A model generated the notes under the pieces. It ran no database searches. It was given only the letters and a program-made list of their open reading frames with translations, and was not told the DNA's origin. A stretch of DNA of 64,000 bases from positions 32,001 to 96,000 of the IMG/VR virus record IMGVR_UViG_3300032047_002388. One strand, given 5' to 3'. This stretch comes from a virus. The position numbers and the translations under genes were made by a program. Each line of letters opens with the position of its first letter. The first letter of the stretch is position 1. Shown here piece by piece: positions 17,693-26,460 of this stretch.

Positions 17693-19157
17693 GAAAAATG
17701 TTATAGTAGTTTCGGCAAGAAGAAGTGGTACGCATCTTCTTCATGATTTAATAGTTAATAATTTTGGATATGAAAGTACTAATTACAACTATATAGATTA
17801 CTATAAATTTACAGATGAAATGGAAGGGTTTGAATCATCTATGAATGAAGGCGGTAAAATAACTTGGACTCATTCTCATGATTATAAGGATTACCACAAA
17901 TACAATCATAGTATTGATAACCAAAATAAATTAGATAGATTCTTTTCCGAATCTAAAATTATATTAGTTTACAGAGATGTTAGAGATATAATAACATCAT
18001 GTTATCACAGACCAAGATATAAATCTAAATATAAAACATTTGATAACTTTTACAAGAACTTCGATTTCGATGGATGTGAATTGATTGACCAGAAATACGA
18101 TAATATGTTTGAATTATTACTTCAGTATTATAAGAATTGGTTTTCTGTTTACATGGCAAAAGAACTTCTTGATATCGATATGGAAGTAATATCGTTTGAA
18201 GAAATAATAAAAGATTACGATTTTTCAGTATCTAAGATAGGAAAGTTTTTAGAACAAACACCAACGGGAGTTGATGTTAGGTTACCAAATAAAAATAATG
18301 AAAACATTATTTACACAACCAATGATTTTAGAAATGGAAAGATTAATGATTGGCTTTCGACTATGGAACAGCAATTTGGTACAGAGTTGGGTGAAAGGTT
18401 TTACCATGACTTAGGTGCAGGTTTAGATTGTTTTTTAAACGATATAAAGATACATAAATATCATAATCCTCAGCGAAATAAGTTTTACAAACCCATTCCA
18501 CTAAATGTTGAAAAAGATTTAACATCTGAATTAGAACAATATAAAAATAAATTTAGGTTCTTCGGTGAAAGAGGTGCAATAGAATTAATAGAGAATAGAT
18601 ACAAAGATTCAATACAGAAATCAACAGATTTCAGATACTATCACAAAGTTTTTTATTACGATAAATATGTATTGAAATTTCACTATCCATGTAAAGCAAG
18701 TTTAGATAAAAAAACATTTGATTCTACAATACCTACTGCATCAAAAGAACAACTCTTAACGATTCTTAAAACAAATGATTTTCTATATGAAAATGGTATT
18801 GTTCCTAAACTATATCATGCAGGAATCTACAAAGGAATTTTGTATGTTATACAAGAAAGATATTCTGAAGAAAGTATAATTTATAACAAATACAATTTTC
18901 ATCCTAAGTGGGATAATTTTTTCCAATGGGCAGTTGATTTGGGTTTAGACAGACAATTAAAAGAATATTTTTTCAAAGCATTAGAGAACAATATTTTACT
19001 AACTGATTTAATCAATGTATATAATAATGCAATTGATAAGAATGGTAATATAAAATACTTTGATTTAGATGGTATAAAATATTTCGAAACAAAAGAAGAA
19101 ATGATTAACTCAGAAGATTATAAAAACTCAATAGGTATTATAAAAGACATAACATGA
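17682..19157 (+). CDS. sulfotransferase fused to C-terminal kinase-like domain
   Basis: SARRSGTHLL, YRDVRDIITS, FRNGKINDW; then YVLKF, VPKLY, TDLINVYN, KYFDLDG. Confidence 0.7.
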   Translation: MNSKKNVIVVSARRSGTHLLHDLIVNNFGYESTNYNYIDYYKFTDEMEGFESSMNEGGKITWTHSHDYKDYHKYNHSIDNQNKLDRFFSESKIILVYRDVRDIITSCYHRPRYKSKYKTFDNFYKNFDFDGCELIDQKYDNMFELLLQYYKNWFSVYMAKELLDIDMEVISFEEIIKDYDFSVSKIGKFLEQTPTGVDVRLPNKNNENIIYTTNDFRNGKINDWLSTMEQQFGTELGERFYHDLGAGLDCFLNDIKIHKYHNPQRNKFYKPIPLNVEKDLTSELEQYKNKFRFFGERGAIELIENRYKDSIQKSTDFRYYHKVFYYDKYVLKFHYPCKASLDKKTFDSTIPTASKEQLLTILKTNDFLYENGIVPKLYHAGIYKGILYVIQERYSEESIIYNKYNFHPKWDNFFQWAVDLGLDRQLKEYFFKALENNILLTDLINVYNNAIDKNGNIKYFDLDGIKYFETKEEMINSEDYKNSIGIIKDIT

Positions 19158-19846
19158 AAGGATTTGTAATATATGTAGATACTTCTTCTAAGAGTAAGGA
19201 AAGTGCAAAACATACTCAAAGTATGTTTGGTGATATTGATATTACTTTATTCAAAGGGGTAGATAAAACAAATGTTTGGCAAACTTTTATTGATTCTGAG
19301 TTAAGTATGTTAGATATAAAACACTTTGGAGGAGGAAAAGTTGATTCAGAAATAGCTACATTTTTTTCTCATTATAACGTCTGGTTAAAATGTATAGAAT
19401 TGAATGAACCTATATTAGTATTAGAACACGATGCTATTATTATTGGTGAAATTGATTTTAGTATTTTAAATAAATTTGAAGGTGATTTATTAAACTTAGG
19501 TGAACCAAATTGGGGAAGTATCACTTTAGATTCACATCCATCTCCATGGCTAGATAAACCAAAAGGAATTTTTTTACGAGATGTATGTAATAACAAACAC
19601 GATATCTATAAAATGTGGAACAACGAAAAGGGGTTGTGTCATTGTGATACTATGTGGTTATTTGGGGCTCATGCATATTTATTAAACCCAAGTGGTGCAA
19701 TAAAATTAGTTGAAGGTACTAAGAAAGGAATCCTTCCAGCAGATATTTATATAAGACAAGAACTCATAGATATCTATGATTACTTACCTCACCCAATAAA
19801 ACAAAATGGAGATTTTTCATTAATACAAAGATGGATGGATGAATAA
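19154..19846 (+). CDS. GT25-family glycosyltransferase
   Basis: SHYNVWLKCIELNEPILVLEHDA, GAHAYLLNPSGA, PADIYI. Confidence 0.85.
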   Translation: MKGFVIYVDTSSKSKESAKHTQSMFGDIDITLFKGVDKTNVWQTFIDSELSMLDIKHFGGGKVDSEIATFFSHYNVWLKCIELNEPILVLEHDAIIIGEIDFSILNKFEGDLLNLGEPNWGSITLDSHPSPWLDKPKGIFLRDVCNNKHDIYKMWNNEKGLCHCDTMWLFGAHAYLLNPSGAIKLVEGTKKGILPADIYIRQELIDIYDYLPHPIKQNGDFSLIQRWMDE

Positions 19847-20297
19847 TATTTTTGAAACATATACGAGTGGTTTAAAAGATAATTTATTTATAGTTACAAA
19901 AGTTATTGTAAAAGATAACAAAGGTAAGTTTCATATAAACACGTCTATACCTCAAGAAATCTTTTTAAGTATAATCGATTTTTCTCTTAATTTTGATAAT
20001 CTAAAATTTGTTTGTAGAGCAAATCATGATGATAACGCAGGTACACCAAATAGTAATCAAATAACTCTATTACGAAAATATGGTAAGATATTTTTTCAAG
20101 ACCCTTGGCCAACACCTGTACCAAATTTTAAATCTGATTCTGTTGTATTTAGATTTGGATATGATGAAGGATGTGAATATGATAAAATGTGTGCACACAA
20201 TCCAATTCACAATGTAGAAGAAAATGATGGAACGTATTACTATTTAATAAGTAAAAATAATATAGTGAAATTGGAATCAAAAAAAATATTAATATGA
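19839..20297 (+). CDS. hypothetical protein resembling the N-terminal domain of the triple-Hint protein
   Basis: SDSVVFRFGYDEGCEYDKMC vs SDRFILRICYDENAIFDSTYC. Confidence 0.55.
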   Translation: MNNIFETYTSGLKDNLFIVTKVIVKDNKGKFHINTSIPQEIFLSIIDFSLNFDNLKFVCRANHDDNAGTPNSNQITLLRKYGKIFFQDPWPTPVPNFKSDSVVFRFGYDEGCEYDKMCAHNPIHNVEENDGTYYYLISKNNIVKLESKKILI

Positions 20298-20920
20298 AAC
20301 AAAAAATATTAATAATAGGTCAACCAAGAAGTGGTACATCATCATTACTAAATAATATATGTAAACAAGATTATGTACGAATATCAGAACCATATAATTA
20401 TAGTTTCGGTGAAAGATATGAATGGCCATTAAAGGAATTAGAATCCGATAGAGTGGCAATAAAATCTTTGGTTGTACAAATACCATCCAAAGAAAAATCA
20501 AAAGGATGTATGCACTTCGTTGAGTTTTCTAAGTTAGTTGATAGAGTTATATTATTAAAAAGAAATAACCAACAAGAACATTTTGAAAGTTTATTAAACT
20601 TACATTATAGATTACTTCAAGATAATAAAATAAATTCACATAAGAAATATGTATTTGATGGATTACTTTTTAGTAAAATTCCAAAAGGTCTTATTACTAA
20701 AATAGAAGAACTACAGCAAAACTCACTAGAGGATATAACTGAAGTATCTGAAAAATTAAATATTCAACCCACTTCCTATGAAGATTTATATGGGGAAGAT
20801 AGAATGAAATCATTTGAAATAATAAACAAATGGGATTTAGATTTAGACCCATTTGAACTAAACGAAGCTTTACATCCCCAACATAGATACAGACAGTTCA
20901 CAGATAAGAATCTTTTATAG
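20294..20920 (+). CDS. sulfotransferase (Stf0-like)
   Basis: IGQPRSGTSSL, SEPYN, ILLKR, SYEDL. Confidence 0.75.
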   Translation: MKQKILIIGQPRSGTSSLLNNICKQDYVRISEPYNYSFGERYEWPLKELESDRVAIKSLVVQIPSKEKSKGCMHFVEFSKLVDRVILLKRNNQQEHFESLLNLHYRLLQDNKINSHKKYVFDGLLFSKIPKGLITKIEELQQNSLEDITEVSEKLNIQPTSYEDLYGEDRMKSFEIINKWDLDLDPFELNEALHPQHRYRQFTDKNLL

Positions 20921-20940
20921 CAAAATAATTCAAAAATGCC

Positions 20941-20971
20941 TTGGAGCTTTGAGCTATTTTTTGTATATTAG
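20941..20971 (+). promoter_or_regulatory. putative early promoter TTG-N20-TATATTAG (copy 2)
   Basis: AAAATGCCTTGGAGCTTT...TATATTAGCT. Confidence 0.7.
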
Positions 20972-20990
20972 CTATGTAAGATTAAGTGAT

Positions 20991-21218
20991 ATGATAAAAA
21001 GTAAAGAAAGTTTAAAGAGAGGAATCGAAATCGATTTGACAGGACCCGATGGTAACGCGTTTGTTCTTATGGGATACGCTAAAAGATTCGGTAAACAAGT
21101 TGGTATGGGTGATTCTTATATCAATGAAATGTTAGAAAAAATGATGAGTTCGGATTACGAAAACTTAGTTAAAGTATTCGATGATGAGTTCGGTTCAGTA
21201 GTAACTTTATTAAGATAA
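20991..21218 (+). CDS. conserved phage hypothetical protein (IDLTGPDGNAF motif)
   Basis: ATG 20991 downstream of promoter; motif familiar from large phages. Confidence 0.7.
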   Translation: MIKSKESLKRGIEIDLTGPDGNAFVLMGYAKRFGKQVGMGDSYINEMLEKMMSSDYENLVKVFDDEFGSVVTLLR

Positions 21219-21229
21219 ACCCTAAACCT

Positions 21230-21415
21230 ATGATAAATAAAATAAAATCTAAAATGTTAACCTATCTGTTTAAAGATTGGGTAGCAAATGAATATGATTT
21301 AGAAACCCTAGAACTTACTAAGGGTATGATTAATAATAGAGAAATAATGTTAAAAACCATTATTGATAAAGTAAATCATAAACCAATATTAGGATATAGA
21401 AGTCATTGTAAGTAA
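21230..21415 (+). CDS. hypothetical protein
   Basis: 61-aa ORF. Confidence 0.5.
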   Translation: MINKIKSKMLTYLFKDWVANEYDLETLELTKGMINNREIMLKTIIDKVNHKPILGYRSHCK

Positions 21416-21433
21416 AATAATTGAAAAATGCCA

Positions 21434-21463
21434 TTGTAGTCTCAATTATTTTTCTTATATTAG
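21434..21463 (+). promoter_or_regulatory. putative early promoter TTG-N19-TATATTAG (copy 3)
   Basis: AAAAATGCCATTG...TATATTAGCT. Confidence 0.65.
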
Positions 21464-21481
21464 CTTTGTAATAAGAGAGAT

Positions 21482-21964
21482 ATGAATAAAAAACCAATAT
21501 TATATATAGACATGGATGGTGTGTTAGTTGATTTATCTAAACACTATAAACAATTTTTTGTTGATAATCCACATCTAGTAAAAAAATTCGAACATTGTCC
21601 AGACCACATACCTGGTATATTCAGAGACCCACCCCCATACGAAGATTGTATTGAGGCTGTAAAGAAACTTTACGATTCTGATAAATATGATATGTTCATC
21701 GCAACATCAGCCCCTTGGGGTAATCCAGATTCATTAACTGATAAAAGGTTTTGGATTGAGAAATACTTTGGAAGAATGTTTCACAAAAAGTTAGTAACAA
21801 CTCACAGAAAAGATTTGTTAGTTGGTGATTACCTAATTGATGATAGAGTTAAAAATGGTGCTGGAGATTTTCCAGGTGAACACATCCACTTTGGTTGGTG
21901 TTACGAGAATGAGAAGTGGAACAAATACCACTCTTGGGATACTGTATTAGATTACTTACTATGA
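21482..21964 (+). CDS. 5'(3')-deoxyribonucleotidase (HAD, NT5C family)
   Basis: YIDMDGVLVD, ATSAPW, K..W, GDYLIDDR. Confidence 0.9.
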   Translation: MNKKPILYIDMDGVLVDLSKHYKQFFVDNPHLVKKFEHCPDHIPGIFRDPPPYEDCIEAVKKLYDSDKYDMFIATSAPWGNPDSLTDKRFWIEKYFGRMFHKKLVTTHRKDLLVGDYLIDDRVKNGAGDFPGEHIHFGWCYENEKWNKYHSWDTVLDYLL

Positions 21965-22062
21965 TAAACAAATTAAAAAAACTTTGGAACTATCTAACTT
22001 GGTTAGAAGAACAACGAATGAAAGCCGCAATCAAATGTGGTAGTGCAGGACCTTTACTATGA
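21961..22062 (+). CDS. 33-aa hypothetical protein
   Basis: MINKLKKLWNYLTWLEEQRMKAAIKCGSAGPLL; ATGA overlaps both sides. Confidence 0.5.
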   Translation: MINKLKKLWNYLTWLEEQRMKAAIKCGSAGPLL

Positions 22063-22508
22063 TAAACAAACTATTAGATTATGTAGTTCTAGTTTTTATT
22101 ATTGGATTATTGATGATATTATCATCTTGTTCAATACCAGATGATGAACTACTACAACCAATACCACCTACATTAGAATTAGATGGTAGATTAGATATGG
22201 ATTCAAATGGATATTACCATTTAGAACTACGCCAAGATGTACATCAAACAATACATACTATATCTGGTACAGTTGGTAATACACTTGAATGGGATGAACC
22301 TATGAAAGTAGAATGGGATAGTAACCTAGTTTGGTACTTACAAGATGAGGTACAAGTAACCACGTCTAATGGAGCATCTTATGTTGTTGATGGTAAAGTT
22401 AATAATGTAATTGGACCAGTTAAAACAATGGTAGGAGATACTCTAATATTAACTGGTACTATACGAGAACATTTAGTATCTGATACCATAAAAATAGTTT
22501 TAGAATGA
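22059..22508 (+). CDS. putative lipoprotein
   Basis: Hydrophobic signal ending LSSC lipobox, acidic residues after Cys. Confidence 0.65.
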   Translation: MINKLLDYVVLVFIIGLLMILSSCSIPDDELLQPIPPTLELDGRLDMDSNGYYHLELRQDVHQTIHTISGTVGNTLEWDEPMKVEWDSNLVWYLQDEVQVTTSNGASYVVDGKVNNVIGPVKTMVGDTLILTGTIREHLVSDTIKIVLE

Positions 22509-22816
22509 TACCAATAAAAATACATAGTACACCTATTACCGAAGAAACGTTTAAGAAACAAGGGTGGACACGAGAAGAAGAAGAGGATATAAAAGGCAAT
22601 ACTTTTACATATTGGATTCTATCATTACCAAAAGGAAGTAAAGACCCATATGCACCATGTTTTATTTCTAATACATCAAACCAAAAACTAAAAGGATTAG
22701 AAGAAGGAGAATATGTAGTAGAGTTAAATGATTTCGGTGGATTAGGATTTTGTAGTAGTGAAGAAGAGATAGAAGTATTATATGAAATGTTAACAAAAAA
22801 ATCAATATATCAATGA
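22505..22816 (+). CDS. hypothetical protein
   Basis: 103-aa coupled ORF. Confidence 0.6.
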   Translation: MIPIKIHSTPITEETFKKQGWTREEEEDIKGNTFTYWILSLPKGSKDPYAPCFISNTSNQKLKGLEEGEYVVELNDFGGLGFCSSEEEIEVLYEMLTKKSIYQ

Positions 22817-23472
22817 AAAATTATACAGCAGAACAATTATCAGCAAACTATGATAAGTTCATAGAAGCATTAAAGAAAGTATTCAAAGGTGAGAGGTTAG
22901 AAAAACTCTTACATATGTACTCAGAAAAAGAATTGGGTACAGAACTAACTCTTGCACCTGCAAGTGGTAGATTACAATTTCATTCAGCATACGCTGGTGG
23001 TTATATAGACCATGTATTGAATGTTGCAAGAAACTCATATAAACTGAAAAAAGTTTATGAAGAGACTGGAATAAAAGTAGATTTTACAGCTGAGGAATTA
23101 TTATTTGCTGCATTTCATCACGATTTGGGTAAACTTGGAAACTCTGAAGGCCCATTGTATGTAGAAGAAACATCAGATTGGCATAGAAAGAATCTAGGAA
23201 GAGTTTATAAACACAATGATGAGATTAACTATATGGATGTTACCCATCGTGCACTTAACCTATTGAATAACTATGGTATCAAGTATAACGAAAAAGAACA
23301 ACTAGGAATTATGTTGGCGGATGGGTTATATAATGAAGCAACAAAACCATATTTTATGGCAAGAAGTCCTGAGTATGGATTGAAAACTGATTTACCATAC
23401 ATTTTACATTGGGCAGACCACATGAGTTGTAGACAAGAAAGAAAGGAATGGGAAGATTCAAAACCATTCTAA
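22813..23472 (+). CDS. HD-domain phosphohydrolase (YhaM-like)
   Basis: APAS...H.AYAGG..DH, HHDLGK, LHWAD. Confidence 0.85.
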   Translation: MKNYTAEQLSANYDKFIEALKKVFKGERLEKLLHMYSEKELGTELTLAPASGRLQFHSAYAGGYIDHVLNVARNSYKLKKVYEETGIKVDFTAEELLFAAFHHDLGKLGNSEGPLYVEETSDWHRKNLGRVYKHNDEINYMDVTHRALNLLNNYGIKYNEKEQLGIMLADGLYNEATKPYFMARSPEYGLKTDLPYILHWADHMSCRQERKEWEDSKPF

Positions 23473-23519
23473 CTGACATATTGTCATAACCAAAAGTGAT
23501 TATACTGACATATTGTCAT
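23472..23519 (+). promoter_or_regulatory. tandem palindromic operator ACTGACATATTGTCAT x2 upstream of hsp20
   Basis: Exact 16-nt repeats at 23472-23487 and 23504-23519, each containing TGACA-N3-TGTCA. Confidence 0.7.
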
Positions 23520-23587
23520 GTTTTATGTGTTGGTATGAATTTGGTACTATAAAGAGTAAATGTTTAAATTAAAAAAAGGAATAAATT

Positions 23588-23956
23588 ATGCTTTACACAA
23601 TTAATAATACATTCGTTGATGATTTTCTCAATGATGTACTAACAACAAAACCAAAAACTAATTACTCATCTTTTGATGCTGAAGTACTAGAAGATGGAAA
23701 ACAAAAAGTTACAGTTAACACTATTGGACATAATCCAAAAGATATTACAGTAGAAGTTACTGAAGAAGAAGTTACAATCAAATCTAAGAAAGTAGAGAAC
23801 TCATCTCGATTTGTTAAAGATATTGATTTAACACTAACAGTTGGTGCCGATTATGATGGTACAAAATCAACTGCAAAATTCGACAATGGGTTACTCACTC
23901 TCCTCATTGATAAGAAGGTAAATAAAAAGGCTAAGACCTTAAAAATTTCTTATTAA
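23588..23956 (+). CDS. small heat-shock protein (Hsp20/alpha-crystallin)
   Basis: G...KDITVEV, AKFDNGLLTLLIDK. Confidence 0.85.
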   Translation: MLYTINNTFVDDFLNDVLTTKPKTNYSSFDAEVLEDGKQKVTVNTIGHNPKDITVEVTEEEVTIKSKKVENSSRFVKDIDLTLTVGADYDGTKSTAKFDNGLLTLLIDKKVNKKAKTLKISY

Positions 23957-23976
23957 ACTCACTATCGAAATAATTG

Positions 23977-24003
23977 AAGGGGAAAGAAATTTCCCCTTTT
24001 TTT
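23977..24003 (+). terminator. intrinsic terminator
   Basis: AAGGGGAAA-GAAA-TTTCCCCTT followed by T-run. Confidence 0.85.
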
Positions 24004-24043
24004 ATATATACAATATTTATTATTACAAGAAAACTATATTATT

Positions 24044-24223
24044 ATGAAAGATGCTTACAAACAAAAAGTTTATAATCTAATCGAAGGTGTACTATCTAGG
24101 TCTAAAATATTAGATGATGGTATTACTGGAGTTAAAAAAGTTTCTCCTCAAGACGCAAGAAGGCTTGTATCCGAAGTTACTAAGTTAACACAAAACATAA
24201 GAGAAATGATAGATATCTCTTAG
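24044..24223 (+). CDS. 59-aa hypothetical protein
   Basis: MKDAYKQKVYNLIEGVLSRSKILDDG...; preceded by ATATTTATT at 24013. Confidence 0.6.
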   Translation: MKDAYKQKVYNLIEGVLSRSKILDDGITGVKKVSPQDARRLVSEVTKLTQNIREMIDIS

Positions 24224-24236
24224 AAAGGGAAATCAA

Positions 24237-25337
24237 ATGAAATTCAGAACCCTATTACTAGGATTATCCGCATTGTTTGTAGCATTTAATGCTGCGTTCT
24301 TTTCGGTAAGTGGTTTAAGTAAATTATTTGCAGGAGCAGCATTATCTGTTATTGTAATGGCTAGTTCATTAGAATTAGCAAAACTAATTACCGCTGGATA
24401 TCTGTACAATTATTGGGAAAAAATAAATAAATCATTTAGATTATATCTAAGTGGTGCAGTAGTTATCTTAATCCTTATAACATCATTAGGTATCTATGGA
24501 TTTTTAACATCTGCATTTCAAGATACATTTAACCAATACAGTATCAAAGAGAAACAATTAGCATTCCTACAACAGAAAGAACAGTTTTGGGGTGATGATG
24601 TAAAACGATATGATGAAGAACTTAAAAGAATTTCTACTAACATTGGTACTCTTTCCAATGCTAAATCTCAACAAATCCAAGTACGAGACACCGCGGTGGT
24701 TGGGGGCGTTAGAACCACAATCTCCACTGCAGAACTTAGATTGGCACAATCTCGTATTGAAGTGGAAGAGAGAAACAAGAGCTCGGTACAAGAGAAAAGA
24801 GAAGTAGCTGCAGATTCACTACAATCTATTCAGTTAAAAATTTTAGATTTAGAATCTATGGAGGGTGTATCCTCAGAACTAGGGCCACTAGAATATCTTA
24901 GTGGATTACTTAACAAACCAATGGACCAGATTATCAATTGGTTTATCTTAATCATTATCTTTGTTTTCGACCCGTTGGCTGTTGCACTTGTAATTGCATT
25001 TAACAACGCTTTAAAAGTTGATAGGGGTATTATAGATAAACAGAAAATAATTCGTAAGAGAGAGTTATATGATGAAGTACCCGAAGAAGAGATAGTAGAG
25101 GAGTTGAATGAAGAAGAAGATGTAAAGGAAGAACTTCCACCAGAGGCAAGAGGATTTACTCCACCAAAAAAAGAAGTTCCTCAATTTACAAAAGCAGAAG
25201 TAAGATTATATACACATCCTCACTTTGATTGGAATAAGAAAGAGACCTGGCAAAATGACCCCAAGGCAGTACAATATTGGTTAAGATATGTTAAACCAAA
25301 AGATGAGGATGACGAGTTTACAAAAAAAACTTATTAA
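24237..25337 (+). CDS. multi-TM membrane protein with long coiled coil
   Basis: Three N-terminal TMs, coiled coil, ELGPL, IFVFDPLAV TM. Confidence 0.75.
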   Translation: MKFRTLLLGLSALFVAFNAAFFSVSGLSKLFAGAALSVIVMASSLELAKLITAGYLYNYWEKINKSFRLYLSGAVVILILITSLGIYGFLTSAFQDTFNQYSIKEKQLAFLQQKEQFWGDDVKRYDEELKRISTNIGTLSNAKSQQIQVRDTAVVGGVRTTISTAELRLAQSRIEVEERNKSSVQEKREVAADSLQSIQLKILDLESMEGVSSELGPLEYLSGLLNKPMDQIINWFILIIIFVFDPLAVALVIAFNNALKVDRGIIDKQKIIRKRELYDEVPEEEIVEELNEEEDVKEELPPEARGFTPPKKEVPQFTKAEVRLYTHPHFDWNKKETWQNDPKAVQYWLRYVKPKDEDDEFTKKTY

Positions 25338-25342
25338 ATGCC

Positions 25343-25373
25343 TTGGAGCTTTAAATTATTTTTATTATATTAG
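25343..25373 (+). promoter_or_regulatory. putative early promoter TTG-N20-TATATTAG (copy 4)
   Basis: AAATGCCTTGGAGCTTT...TATATTAGCT upstream of uvsE. Confidence 0.7.
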
Positions 25374-25391
25374 CTGTATAAAATAAACTAT

Positions 25392-26288
25392 ATGAATTTA
25401 GGATACGCTTGTATTAATATGACATTGGGTAAACAAAAACCCAAAATCACAACAAATAGAAGTATGATTAAACGTACCTTCTTAGAGAAGGGTGTTGATT
25501 ATGCTGGTGAACTATCTTTACAAAATGTTAGAGATTTACATTCCATCTTAGAATGGAACAACAACAATGGAATCAAATGTTTCAGAATATCATCTGATAT
25601 ATTTCCATGGGCTTCAGAGTATGGTATTGAAAACTCACCATACTACAAACGAATTCAAACAATACTTCAGGCATGTGGTAACTACGCAACCAAACATGGT
25701 ATTCGTATTACAGCACATCCTGGTCCTTTCAATGTACTTGTATCTCCAAGAGAGAATGTTGTACAGAATACAATTACTGATTTAGAGATACATGGTAAAG
25801 TATTCGATATGTTAGGATTATCTCGTACACCTTACAACAAACTAAACATACATTGTAATGGTGTCTATGGTGATAAGATTTCTGCTATGGATAGATTCTG
25901 TAAGAACTTTGAGAAACTATCACCAGCAGTACAAGGAAGGTTAACAGTAGAGAATGATGATAAAGCATCTATGTACTCAGTAAAAGATTTGATGTACATA
26001 CATGAACGTATTGGTATTCCTATTGTATTTGATTATCATCACCACAAGTTCAACACAGGTGGTTTATCAGAACAAGAGGCACTTGAATTGGCAATCTCTA
26101 CATGGCCAAAAGATATCAAACCAATTGTTCACTACTCAGAATCAAAAGCATTACACGAAAGTAATGATAAAGTAAAACCACAGGCTCATTCTGATTACAT
26201 CAATGAGTTACCTAACTTATATGGTAACGATGTAGATGTTATGGTAGAAGCCAAGGCAAAAGAATTATCTATATTACCATTTATATAA
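25392..26288 (+). CDS. uvsE: UV-damage endonuclease
   Basis: LGYACIN, FRISS, HPGPF, ENDD, FDYHHH, HYSE, AHSDY, MVEAKAKE. Confidence 0.95.
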   Translation: MNLGYACINMTLGKQKPKITTNRSMIKRTFLEKGVDYAGELSLQNVRDLHSILEWNNNNGIKCFRISSDIFPWASEYGIENSPYYKRIQTILQACGNYATKHGIRITAHPGPFNVLVSPRENVVQNTITDLEIHGKVFDMLGLSRTPYNKLNIHCNGVYGDKISAMDRFCKNFEKLSPAVQGRLTVENDDKASMYSVKDLMYIHERIGIPIVFDYHHHKFNTGGLSEQEALELAISTWPKDIKPIVHYSESKALHESNDKVKPQAHSDYINELPNLYGNDVDVMVEAKAKELSILPFI

Positions 26289-26294
26289 CAACAT

Positions 26295-26459
26295 ATGGAA
26301 CGAGAAGAAAGAATGTACAAATCTCATTTGGCAAGAAAGAAAAGAAAAGAAACCAAAGAGGTTGTAGATAAAGTAGAAAAGAGAAAAAACGCTGATGCTA
26401 AAAATCTAAAAAAGAAATATAAGAAGATTAAAGATAGACATCACGATAATAAACTATAA
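26295..26459 (+). CDS. 54-aa highly basic protein
   Basis: MEREERMYKSHLARKKRKETKE..., read manually. Confidence 0.5.
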   Translation: MEREERMYKSHLARKKRKETKEVVDKVEKRKNADAKNLKKKYKKIKDRHHDNKL

Positions 26460-26460
26460 A

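Noticed and set aside
457-20920. Bacterial LPS/capsule locus or chimeric host fragment
   Set aside because: Interleaved with phage-type genes (dCMP deaminase, phoH, tRNA) and shares both promoter motifs with the structural region; no transport or polymerase genes
23472-23519. Mini CRISPR array
   Set aside because: Only two 16-nt repeats with a 16-nt spacer and no cas genes; fits an operator better. No CRISPR array seen elsewhere in the window
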